Source: an uncultured delta proteobacterium | GTDB lineage: Bacteria; Myxococcota_A; Polyangia; Polyangiales; Polyangiaceae | Reading direction: 5' to 3' | Assembly (NCBI GenBank): GCA_963850305.1 | Contig: CAWKKR010000011.1 | Coordinates: forward strand, 262,641 to 326,640 | DNA length: 64,000 nt | Shown: piece after piece, positions 28,042-36,329 of the stretch | Position numbering within the stretch: position 1 is the stretch's first letter | Layout: every line of letters begins with the position of its first letter | Made by a program: the position numbers and the translations under genes | Notes under the pieces: generated by a model | What the model was told of the DNA's origin: nothing | Databases searched by the model: none | What the model saw: the letters and a program-made list of their open reading frames with translations, nothing else

Positions 28042-29880
28042 ATGGGCCTCACCAAAAAGCTCACCAGCCGAGGCAAGCAGATCGTGCTGAATCCCACCGT
28101 GATGCGGCTCATCTCGGACGATCGGGTGATGAAAGCCGCAGAGGGTGTGATGGACGCGCGAACCCGCGTTCGCGCTGCGTGGAAGGTGCTCCTGGACGGG
28201 CATGATCTTCCGTCCGTCGATCCATCTCTCGACGACTTCATCGGTGAGTCCGCGCCGCTGGCGCCGAATGGCAAGAACGGACACAACGGTCACGCCACTC
28301 CCCATGTGCGCCTCAAGAACGGTAATGGCGCCGACCGCGCGCCGCACACGCCGCCCGCAACGATCAGCGGCGGAATATCGCGTTCCGATTCGGCGACGCT
28401 CGATCGAGCGCTGAAAGAACGGACATCGCTCGCCGGCATAGCCGGCAAGGACGTCTTCGAGAAATGCTTCCAGTTCCTCGCGGCCGATAACGCGCGGAAG
28501 ATGGGCATGTATCCGTTCTTCCGTCCGCTCGATCTCAACGACGGCCCGGAAGCGGTGATCGACGGACGACGAGTCGTCATGTTCGGCTCGAACAACTATC
28601 TCGGGCTCACGACGCACCCGAAGGTTCGCGAAGCTGCGAAGGCGGCAATCGATCGCTTCGGGACGAGCATGACGGGCTCGCGCCTCGTCAACGGCTCGAT
28701 GAAGCTGCACAACGAGTTCGAGGAGAAACTCGCCGCGTTCTTCGGAAAGGAAGCCGCTCTCGTCTTCACCACCGGATACCAGGCGAATCTCGCAACGTGC
28801 GCGGCGCTCCTGTCGAACAAGCGAACGGTGGCGGTCATCGATCGCAACGTGCACGCGTCGATCTACGACGGAGTACGGCTCGGCCAGTCCGCAGGAACTC
28901 GCCTCGTGCGCTACAAGCACTCCGACGCCGACTCGCTCGACGCGGCGCTGTCGCGCCTCGACGAGGGCGAGGGCGCGCTCGTCATGACCGACGGCGTGTT
29001 CAGCGCAGAGGGTGAGATCGCGAAACTCGATCAGATCGTTCCGGTCGTGAAGAAGCACGGCGCGCGGCTCTTCGTCGACGATGCGCATGCGCTCGGCGTG
29101 ATCGGGCCCGACGGCAGAGGCACCGCGTTCCACTTCAACCTGCAGGATCAGGTCGACCTCATCAGCGGCACGTTCTCGAAGTCCATGGCGAGCATCGGCG
29201 GCTGGCTCGTGGGAGAGCGCAAGGTGCTCGATTACGTCCAGCATTTCGCGCCGAGCTTCATGTTCGCGGCGAGCGCGGCTCCGCCGAACGTGGCGGCCGC
29301 GATGGCGGCGTTCGACGTGATGAAGGAAGAGAGCTGGCGCATCGACAAGCTCCGCGAAAACTTCACGTACATGCGTACGGAGCTCGCGGGCATGGGCTTC
29401 GAACTCGGACGGACCGAGACGGCCGTCATCCCCATCTACGTTCGACAGGACCTCCGCACGCTCTTGATGTGGCGAGAGCTCCTGGAGGAGCAGGGCGTAT
29501 ACGTGAACCCCTTCATCTCCCCGGGCGTTCCGCCGAAGCACGCCATGCTCCGCACGAGCTACATGGCCACACACGAGCGAGTCCACCTGGATCGGGGGCT
29601 CGAAGCGTTTTACAAGGCCGGAAAGAAGTTCGGGGTTATTTCAGCGAGCCTCGTAGTTGACGCGGCACGTCAGGTACGGGTAGCACCGCGGCATGTCCGT
29701 CGAGATCCGCGAGAACCCAGTCGGGGGCGGCAGCCTGCGGGATTTCCTGAACGTCGTCGACTACATCTACCGCGACGACCCGAATTACGTCCGCCCGCTC
29801 GACATGATGGTCAAAGACCAGCTGTCGACGAAGAACCCGTTCTTCGAGCACGGCGAGGGCGTGTTGTTCACTGCGTATAG
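28042..29880 (+). CDS. spt: serine palmitoyltransferase-like alpha-oxoamine synthase with ~150-aa N-terminal extension; the last ~75 codons of the ORF look non-coding
   Basis: AGGAG precedes ATG 28042. The PLP-enzyme core contains MFGSNNYLGLTTHP, TTGYQANL, VDDAHALG and GTFSKSMASIGGW (Schiff-base Lys). Beyond ...KAGKKFGVI (about 29640) GC3 collapses and the ORF overlaps the next gene by 188 nt. The +1 frame stops at 29654-29656. Confidence 0.8.
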   Translation: MGLTKKLTSRGKQIVLNPTVMRLISDDRVMKAAEGVMDARTRVRAAWKVLLDGHDLPSVDPSLDDFIGESAPLAPNGKNGHNGHATPHVRLKNGNGADRAPHTPPATISGGISRSDSATLDRALKERTSLAGIAGKDVFEKCFQFLAADNARKMGMYPFFRPLDLNDGPEAVIDGRRVVMFGSNNYLGLTTHPKVREAAKAAIDRFGTSMTGSRLVNGSMKLHNEFEEKLAAFFGKEAALVFTTGYQANLATCAALLSNKRTVAVIDRNVHASIYDGVRLGQSAGTRLVRYKHSDADSLDAALSRLDEGEGALVMTDGVFSAEGEIAKLDQIVPVVKKHGARLFVDDAHALGVIGPDGRGTAFHFNLQDQVDLISGTFSKSMASIGGWLVGERKVLDYVQHFAPSFMFAASAAPPNVAAAMAAFDVMKEESWRIDKLRENFTYMRTELAGMGFELGRTETAVIPIYVRQDLRTLLMWRELLEEQGVYVNPFISPGVPPKHAMLRTSYMATHERVHLDRGLEAFYKAGKKFGVISASLVVDAARQVRVAPRHVRRDPREPSRGRQPAGFPERRRLHLPRRPELRPPARHDGQRPAVDEEPVLRARRGRVVHCV

Positions 29881-30823
29881 GAACGGCTGGTGTGTCGGCC
29901 GTTGCTCGGCACAGATCGATCGCCTGCACCTTGCCCGCTACAAGGACGACGTCGGCTTCTTCGGCTTCTTCGACACGATCGACGATGAAGAGGTGGCCTC
30001 CGCCTTGATCGACGCCGCGAGGCGCTGGCTGAAAAACCGTGGAATGAAGCACATCCGTGGACCGCTCTCCCTCTGTATCAACGAGGAGATCGGTTGCCTG
30101 GTGGAAGGCTTCGACACTCCGCCGATGATGTTCATGACGCATCATCATCCGTACCAGGGCGGCCTGATCGAGAAAGCCGGCATCCCGAAGATCAAGGACT
30201 TCTACGCCTGGCGCTACGAGGTCGGCGACCTGCCTCCGCGCGCCGCCAAGGCCACGGCCGAGATCGAGCAGCTCCCCGAGGTGAGCGCCCGGCACGTGGA
30301 CATGAAGAATCTCGAGCGCGACGTCCGGATCGTGATGAACGTTTTCAACGACGCCTGGACGGAAAATTGGGGATTCGTGCCTTTCACGGAGTCCGAGCTC
30401 CGGAAGATGGCGAAAGATCTGAAGCTCATCATCGACCCCGCCATCACGTATATCGCCTACGTGGATGGGGAACCCGCAGCCGTCGCCCTGGCCACACCGA
30501 ACCTGAACGAGGTCATCCGTGATCTCGACGGGAAGATATTGCCGCTCGGCTTCACGAAGCTCATTTACCGCCTCAAAGTTCGCGGCACGAAGACGGCGCG
30601 ACTCGCGATCCTCGGGATCAAGAGGAAGTTCAGGCACCAGCGAAAGTACGCCGGCCTCAGCATTTACCTGTACTCGAAGATGAACGATGCCGGCCGACGC
30701 GCGGGCTACCGCTGGGGCGAATTGTCCTGGACGCTCGAGGACAATGGCCCCGTGAACGTCGGAATCAAGTTCATGGGCGGCAAGGTCTACAAGAAGTACC
30801 GGATGTACCAGGCCGACCTCTGA
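29693..30823 (+). CDS. GNAT-fold N-acyltransferase of the family often mis-annotated dATP pyrophosphohydrolase; candidate bacterial ceramide synthase (bCerS-like)
   Basis: 376 aa with high GC3 from ATG 29693. The sequence contains NPFFEHGEGVLFTAYRNGWCVGRCSAQID, GFFGFFD, NDAWTENWGFVPFTESE and a C-terminal GYRWGELSWTLEDN. The function is inferred from adjacency to the SPT gene. Confidence 0.7.
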   Translation: MSVEIRENPVGGGSLRDFLNVVDYIYRDDPNYVRPLDMMVKDQLSTKNPFFEHGEGVLFTAYRNGWCVGRCSAQIDRLHLARYKDDVGFFGFFDTIDDEEVASALIDAARRWLKNRGMKHIRGPLSLCINEEIGCLVEGFDTPPMMFMTHHHPYQGGLIEKAGIPKIKDFYAWRYEVGDLPPRAAKATAEIEQLPEVSARHVDMKNLERDVRIVMNVFNDAWTENWGFVPFTESELRKMAKDLKLIIDPAITYIAYVDGEPAAVALATPNLNEVIRDLDGKILPLGFTKLIYRLKVRGTKTARLAILGIKRKFRHQRKYAGLSIYLYSKMNDAGRRAGYRWGELSWTLEDNGPVNVGIKFMGGKVYKKYRMYQADL

Positions 30824-30872
30824 AATCCGACGCTCTTCCGACCCACTCCCGATGCGAGTATGATTCGTCTTC

Positions 30873-33800
30873 GTGACGACGCTCGGCCGTACACTGGCTG
30901 GAGTGACAGCGGCGGTCGCGCTGCTTGCGGGATGTGAACGGCCGCGCCACTCCGCGGCGGCGTCAATCCACGCGCCCGCTGTGTCTGCGACGGGTCGCGC
31001 GGGTTCGGGGATCGAAGTAAATATTCGAGACGCCGCGTCGGGTACGTCGGTGGCCATCGCGCTCGCGGAGATTCCGGCGGGCGGCGTGCACTCCAATATT
31101 CTCGGCGCCGTCCACGACCGGACGGAAGATTTCGTCTCCTTCGCGAAGAGGCCGCCCGTCGAGGAGGTTCGCTATCGCGCGCGCGTCCACGCGGCGGGAC
31201 TGCGGCTCGTCGCTGGCGTCCTCGAACTGCTCGACGCGAAGGGCGCTCCCCGTGTTCGCATGGCGGCGCCTTTCGTCGTGGATCGCGGCGGACGGCACCA
31301 CGACACGGTGGTGGCCCTCGAAGGGTGCGCCGCAGACCGCGATCCGGCGGGCCCCTGGGGTCGTCCCGTCACGCCGCCGGGCGCGCATGAGTGCAGCCTT
31401 CGCGTCACGTGGGGTACGAGCGGCGATCGCATCCGGTATCCGGCCGTCCTCGACCCCGCGTGGACCGCAGCGACCAACACGATGACGTCGGCGCGGAAGG
31501 GACACACTGCGACGCTCCTCTCGACCGGAAAGGTCCTCATCGTCGGCGGCGAGACCACGAGCGGACAGACGACGACGCACCTGAAGACCGCGGAGCTCTT
31601 CGATCCGACGACGAGCACGTTCGCAGCGACGACGTCGATGACCGACGGAAGATCGTTTCACGCGGCGGTGCTACTTCAGAATGGAAATGTTCTCGTCGCA
31701 GGCGGCTCGGGTGACTCGGGTGTCCTTTCGTCGAGCGAGATCTACGATCTCTCCAAGCCTGGATTCCGGAGTTCGGGGCCGCTGAAGCAAGCCCGGAGCG
31801 AGCCCGGAGCGACACTCCTGACGACCGGAGACGTTCTTCTCACCGGCGGCATCGACGGCTCGGGAACCGTGCTGAAGGAAGCGGAGGTTTTCGCGACGGC
31901 GGGAGAAGTGTGGAGCGTGAAGGGAGACATGACCGAACGCCGGACGGGTGACTTCGTCGCCGTGTTGAATTCTGGGGCGCTCGCCATTGCCGGAATCACG
32001 ACGACGACCGGCCTCGCGGATCTCGCGGATTCCGATCTGTACGGCGAGGCGAGCGGCACCTTCAGCGCCGGGCCGAACCTGTCCCAGGAACGTTTCTACT
32101 TCGGTGGTGCCACTCTCTCGAACGGCAACGTGCTCGTCGCGGGCGGATTCGCTCTGTCGCTCGGCATGAATACCTCGACGGCGGAGTTGCTCGATCATGA
32201 CTCGGTGACGTGGTCGAGCGCCGGATCTCTCGCGATAGGGCGGGCGCACTTCGCACTCACTGCCGTGTCGGCCGGAGCCGCCGTCGCGACGGGCGGCGTC
32301 GTGATGACCAATGCGACAACCGTCGGCTCCTATCTCGCGAGTGCCGAACTGTACGACCCCATCGCGAATTCGTGGTCGGCCTTGCCGGACATGCATCAGC
32401 CGAGAGCGTTTCATACGGCGACGGCACTCCCGGACGGGAGATTGCTCGTGACGGGCGGGGAAGGCTCTTCGGGACAGCTCGATACCGCGGAGCTGCTGTC
32501 GCTCGACGCCGTGGGAAAGCCCTGCGCGACGGGCGTGACCTGTACGTCCGGGTTCTGCGCTGACGGAGTGTGCTGCGCTTCGGCGTGCGGCGCACCCTGT
32601 TATGCCTGCACGGGTGCCAGCACCGGTGAACCCGATGGCACCTGCGCCCCCGTGCTTGCCGCGAAGGACCCGCGGAACGACTGCACGGATGACGGCGCCA
32701 CGGTGTGTGGAAATGACGGCCTCTGCGACGGCGCGGGTGCCTGCCAGAAATACGCGAAGAACCCCTGCGCCCCCGAGCCTTGCGCGGCGAACTCGGACTG
32801 CACGAGCGGCGCGTGCGCGGACGGGATCTGCTGCGACGGCGCGTGCACCGGCACCTGCGAAGCATGCACCGCCGCGAAGAAGGGGGCCGGCGCGGACGGC
32901 ACTTGCGGGCCCGTCGCCGCGGGGACCGACCCCGATACGGAATGTTCGACCATGGGCGATGGTGTCTGTCGCGCGCTCGGCACTTGCGACGGGTCCGGCT
33001 CATGTGGGGTACCGACGGCCGGGACGTCCTGCGCGACCGCCGCATGTTCGGATCGTCAAACCCTGGCCGCCGCCGCCGTGTGCGGGAACCTCGGCGATTG
33101 CACGCCGTCGAAGACGGACTGTTCGCCGTTCGCGTGCGACGCCGTGGCGTTGAAATGCAAAGTAGCCTGCACGACGGACACGGACTGCGCTGCAGCCGCA
33201 CATTGCACGGCAGGGCTCTGCAAGAAGGACGCAAACGGGGTTGCGTGCACGGACGGGACCACCTGTGCGTCCGGAAACTGTGCGGACCGATATTGCTGTG
33301 ACTCGGCGTGCGACGAACAGTGTGAGGCGTGCGACGTCGCCAATTCCGAGGGGACCTGCTCACCGGTTTCCGGAGCGCCGCACGGCTCGCGCAGCGCGTG
33401 TCCCGGAACGGGGGGTTGCGCCGGAGTGTGCAACGGGCTCTCGAGCACGTGCATCTTCCGGAGCGGCACGCCGTGCGGCGCCACGACGTGCACGGCGGGG
33501 AGCGAGTCGGGTCTCGTTTGCAATGCGCTCGGCGCGTGCGTTACCGAGCCTGCAGTGACGTGCGCGCCTTTCGCCTGTGGCACGACATCCTGCAAGACGT
33601 CGTGCACGACGAGCACGGATTGCGCGACGGGAGCGACGTGCGAAGCGGACGGCGCGTGCGTCGCGCCGGAGAGCGGCTGCGCCGACGGCGGCGTCGCAAC
33701 GGAATGCGCGCCTTATGGTTGCACGGGCAACGCGTGCAAGACCTCGTGCAAGGCGGACGATGACTGCGCCAAAGGCGCTACATGCAGCGCCGGGAAGTGC

Positions 33801-34028
33801 GTGAAGGGCTCCTCGGGCGGCGGCTGCGGCTGTCGCATCGGCTCCGGCACCGGCAGCCACGATGGCCTCACGTTCGGAGCGCTGATCGCGCTACTCGGGC
33901 TCGCCCTCCGACGCGCGGAAAGGCGGCGACGCGGATCCCGCCCCGATCAGTCGCCGATCGCGTGGGCCTGCGCGGCGATTGGGCGCCGCAAGCGTATCTC
34001 GGAGTCCAGAGGCGTATCGGGTTGGTAG
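30873..34028 (+). CDS. large lipoprotein: Kelch-type beta-propeller plus long Cys-rich repeat region plus MYXO-CTERM-type sorting tail
   Basis: GTG start with lipobox LLAGC. Roughly six repeats of the type HTATLLSTGKVLIVGG...AELFDP are present. More than 90 Cys residues lie in repeats such as C.SG.C.DG.CC...C...C..C. The tail is GGGCGCRIGSG...FGALIALLGLALRRAERRRR. Confidence 0.85.
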   Translation: MTTLGRTLAGVTAAVALLAGCERPRHSAAASIHAPAVSATGRAGSGIEVNIRDAASGTSVAIALAEIPAGGVHSNILGAVHDRTEDFVSFAKRPPVEEVRYRARVHAAGLRLVAGVLELLDAKGAPRVRMAAPFVVDRGGRHHDTVVALEGCAADRDPAGPWGRPVTPPGAHECSLRVTWGTSGDRIRYPAVLDPAWTAATNTMTSARKGHTATLLSTGKVLIVGGETTSGQTTTHLKTAELFDPTTSTFAATTSMTDGRSFHAAVLLQNGNVLVAGGSGDSGVLSSSEIYDLSKPGFRSSGPLKQARSEPGATLLTTGDVLLTGGIDGSGTVLKEAEVFATAGEVWSVKGDMTERRTGDFVAVLNSGALAIAGITTTTGLADLADSDLYGEASGTFSAGPNLSQERFYFGGATLSNGNVLVAGGFALSLGMNTSTAELLDHDSVTWSSAGSLAIGRAHFALTAVSAGAAVATGGVVMTNATTVGSYLASAELYDPIANSWSALPDMHQPRAFHTATALPDGRLLVTGGEGSSGQLDTAELLSLDAVGKPCATGVTCTSGFCADGVCCASACGAPCYACTGASTGEPDGTCAPVLAAKDPRNDCTDDGATVCGNDGLCDGAGACQKYAKNPCAPEPCAANSDCTSGACADGICCDGACTGTCEACTAAKKGAGADGTCGPVAAGTDPDTECSTMGDGVCRALGTCDGSGSCGVPTAGTSCATAACSDRQTLAAAAVCGNLGDCTPSKTDCSPFACDAVALKCKVACTTDTDCAAAAHCTAGLCKKDANGVACTDGTTCASGNCADRYCCDSACDEQCEACDVANSEGTCSPVSGAPHGSRSACPGTGGCAGVCNGLSSTCIFRSGTPCGATTCTAGSESGLVCNALGACVTEPAVTCAPFACGTTSCKTSCTTSTDCATGATCEADGACVAPESGCADGGVATECAPYGCTGNACKTSCKADDDCAKGATCSAGKCVKGSSGGGCGCRIGSGTGSHDGLTFGALIALLGLALRRAERRRRGSRPDQSPIAWACAAIGRRKRISESRGVSGW

Positions 34029-34225
34029 TGCGGCGTGAAGGGCCCCTCGTACGCGATGAGGCGGCGGCGCAGCGCGGCGCTCTCGTGCCGAAGTCCCTGT
34101 GCTTCGGCGGCAATGCGCACGAGGGCAATCGCCAGAAATACCACGGCAGACCAGTACGGCCCCCCGAGCGCCCAGGCTCCGAGCGCGAAGGACCAGTTGA
34201 ACATCAGACCCGTGTAGTGACCCAC
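33947..34225 (-). CDS. small membrane protein, hypothetical
   Basis: Start is GTG 34225 or ATG 34204 (MFNWSFALGAWALGGPYWSAVVFLAIALV). One or two TM helices, high GC3. It overlaps the tail of the convergent 30873..34028 gene by 82 nt. Confidence 0.55.
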   Translation of the reverse strand: MGHYTGLMFNWSFALGAWALGGPYWSAVVFLAIALVRIAAEAQGLRHESAALRRRLIAYEGPFTPHYQPDTPLDSEIRLRRPIAAQAHAIGD

Positions 34226-34316
34226 GGTGCGAATGAGACGCCAAAATTCCCGACCGGGCCAAGCGAACGCCTGCGTTTTGTCGCCCGGCCCGCTTCAGTA
34301 ACGGGCGCGAAGGTCT

Positions 34317-35261
34317 TCAGTCGGCGGCGACCACGCGATTGCGCCCGTCCCGCTTGGCGGCATAAAGTCGTCGGTCGGCGACCGCGACGAGCCGCTCCCG
34401 ATCCACTCGATCGACGCACGCAAACGACGCGCAGCCGATGCTGATGGTCACCGCGAGCGACCGCCCGTCGTGAACCGTTCGCAGCTCTTCCAGCGCCTTT
34501 CGGAGACGTTCGGCCGCGCGGGCGGCTCCCGACAACGTGATGCCGCGCAACAGGACCACGAACTCTTCGCCGCCATACCGCGCAAGCAGATCTTCCGTCC
34601 GCAGAAGGAACTCGGTCGTCGATGCGACGTTCTTCAGCACGGCGTCGCCCGCCAGGTGCCCATGAGTGTCATTGACCTTCTTGAAGTGATCGATGTCGAA
34701 AATGAGGACGGACCCCTGACTCCGATGGCGCGTCGCATAAGCGAGCTCTGCGTCCAGGCGTTCCAGAAAGAAGTGACGGTTGTAGGCACGGGTCAGGGCG
34801 TCCCGAACGCTGCTCTCGTACAGTTGCCGTAAGATCCTCTCCTGGTTCTCGTCGGTGACCGAAAAGCGGAAATGGACGCGGGGCCCGAGCTGCACGACCG
34901 CACCGTCGACGAGAACCTGGCGTTCGATGCGCTCCCCGTTGACGTACGTCCCGTTGCTGGAACCGAGATCTTCCACAAAATATTGCCCGCCCTCGTAGAC
35001 GACGCGGGCATGCATGCGACTGATACCTTCGTCGTCGACCACGACCGTGTTGTCCGAGTGACGGCCGAGGCGGATTGCGTCGCCCAGCGACGTGACGTGG
35101 CCGGCTTGAATCGAGTCCATGCGCACGAGGACGGCCCGATTGCGCTCGTCACCCTTCCATACCGGAAAGGTTTCGTTGGTGATCGTCTGTTGTTCGGGGC
35201 GAGCGCGGCCCGTCGCCGGTGGCGTCATCGAATCGATGGGCGCAGGTCGGTCGCTCTTCAC
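34317..35261 (-). CDS. FHA-domain diguanylate cyclase (FHA-GGDEF), intact I-site
   Basis: The FHA domain reads IRLGRHSDNTVVVDDEGISRMHARV...DLGSSNGTYVNGERI. The GGDEF domain has IFDIDHFKKVNDTHGH and RTEDLLARYGGEEF (RxxD plus GGEEF). GTG 35261 directly abuts the upstream TAG; an alternative start is ATG 35228. Confidence 0.85.
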   Translation of the reverse strand: MKSDRPAPIDSMTPPATGRARPEQQTITNETFPVWKGDERNRAVLVRMDSIQAGHVTSLGDAIRLGRHSDNTVVVDDEGISRMHARVVYEGGQYFVEDLGSSNGTYVNGERIERQVLVDGAVVQLGPRVHFRFSVTDENQERILRQLYESSVRDALTRAYNRHFFLERLDAELAYATRHRSQGSVLIFDIDHFKKVNDTHGHLAGDAVLKNVASTTEFLLRTEDLLARYGGEEFVVLLRGITLSGAARAAERLRKALEELRTVHDGRSLAVTISIGCASFACVDRVDRERLVAVADRRLYAAKRDGRNRVVAAD

Positions 35262-36329
35262 CTACGGTCGAGAATGTATCACGACCGGGACGCGGCGATC
35301 GACCGGTCCGTCGAAGGGCGGCGCCTGCATCTCTCCCGGCGAGCACCGGCGCGCACCGGAAAGCGAGCCGGGTATTTCAGACGACAGATTCTCGACCGCC
35401 AGCGACGTCACTCGGCCCTCGAGCGAGGCGAGCTTGCGCAGAGGCTCGTCGGCGACGAGGACGTGTACGTGTCTTCCCGGTGGTGGAACGACGATCGTCT
35501 GGCCGCTGACGTCGAGGCCCACCCAACCAGCTCCCGCCGGAAGCAGTTCGCCGCCGACGAGCAATGTGTCCCGGTAGCGGACTGCCGCCGCGGCTTCATC
35601 CTGCGTCACGAGACCTCTCGGGAAGCGGACCTCCGCGCGAACGAGTTCGCTCGCGAGCGCTCTCGCAAATCCTCTCACCTCATCGATCGATCCGCTCGCT
35701 GCGACCACTCTCGGGCTCAAACATCCGCGCTGGTCGAAGAGGATCACGTCGTGCGCGACGCGCCGGGCAAGGTCATCGATATACGGTGACGCCGTGCAAC
35801 CGACCCCGAGCGCCACCACGCCCAGCCCGGGGCCGTGTGGATGAAACTCCACTCCCGACGGGAGAGCGCGCTGCACGTCACGAAGCGTCGCGTCGGTTCC
35901 GTATGCCCAGAATCGATCCCCGCTGACCGGCGTCAGGGTGTCGACGATCTCGAACGAGCCTGGCGCCCCCTGGTCGAGCAGGCGGACCATGGTCGTTTCC
36001 CGTCGGGAAGGACGCACCCGGACGACCGACGATGCGGCGAGCGCCAGAGCGAGAGCCCTGTGCGCCCCGACGAACACATTGGCGCTGAGCAAGACGTGAG
36101 CACGAGGCGCCTGTTCGACGGATGCGATCAGTGAGGACACCTCCGCTTCGCTCGGGTTCGACTCCAGCGCAGCTTCGAGTGCGAGCGCGACGCCCTGAGC
36201 TGAAAGGCCAGTGGACGCCGGCAAGACCCGACGCGCTTCGACGCCGAGCGGGTCGGTCGGATCGGCGATACGTCGCGCCGCATCGACCAATCGGCGAATG
36301 CGCTCTCGGGCTGAGGACCGGGAGCTCAC
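35262..36329 (-). CDS. LuxC-like acyl-CoA/acyl-protein reductase (aldehyde-forming)
   Basis: Trimmed from ORF 35262..36686 to GTG 36329, which overlaps the upstream stop (GTGA). The catalytic-Cys context is ILFDQRGCLSPRVV. The size (355 aa) and the position after a LuxE homologue fit LuxC. Confidence 0.7.
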   Translation of the reverse strand: MSSRSSARERIRRLVDAARRIADPTDPLGVEARRVLPASTGLSAQGVALALEAALESNPSEAEVSSLIASVEQAPRAHVLLSANVFVGAHRALALALAASSVVRVRPSRRETTMVRLLDQGAPGSFEIVDTLTPVSGDRFWAYGTDATLRDVQRALPSGVEFHPHGPGLGVVALGVGCTASPYIDDLARRVAHDVILFDQRGCLSPRVVAASGSIDEVRGFARALASELVRAEVRFPRGLVTQDEAAAAVRYRDTLLVGGELLPAGAGWVGLDVSGQTIVVPPPGRHVHVLVADEPLRKLASLEGRVTSLAVENLSSEIPGSLSGARRCSPGEMQAPPFDGPVDRRVPVVIHSRP

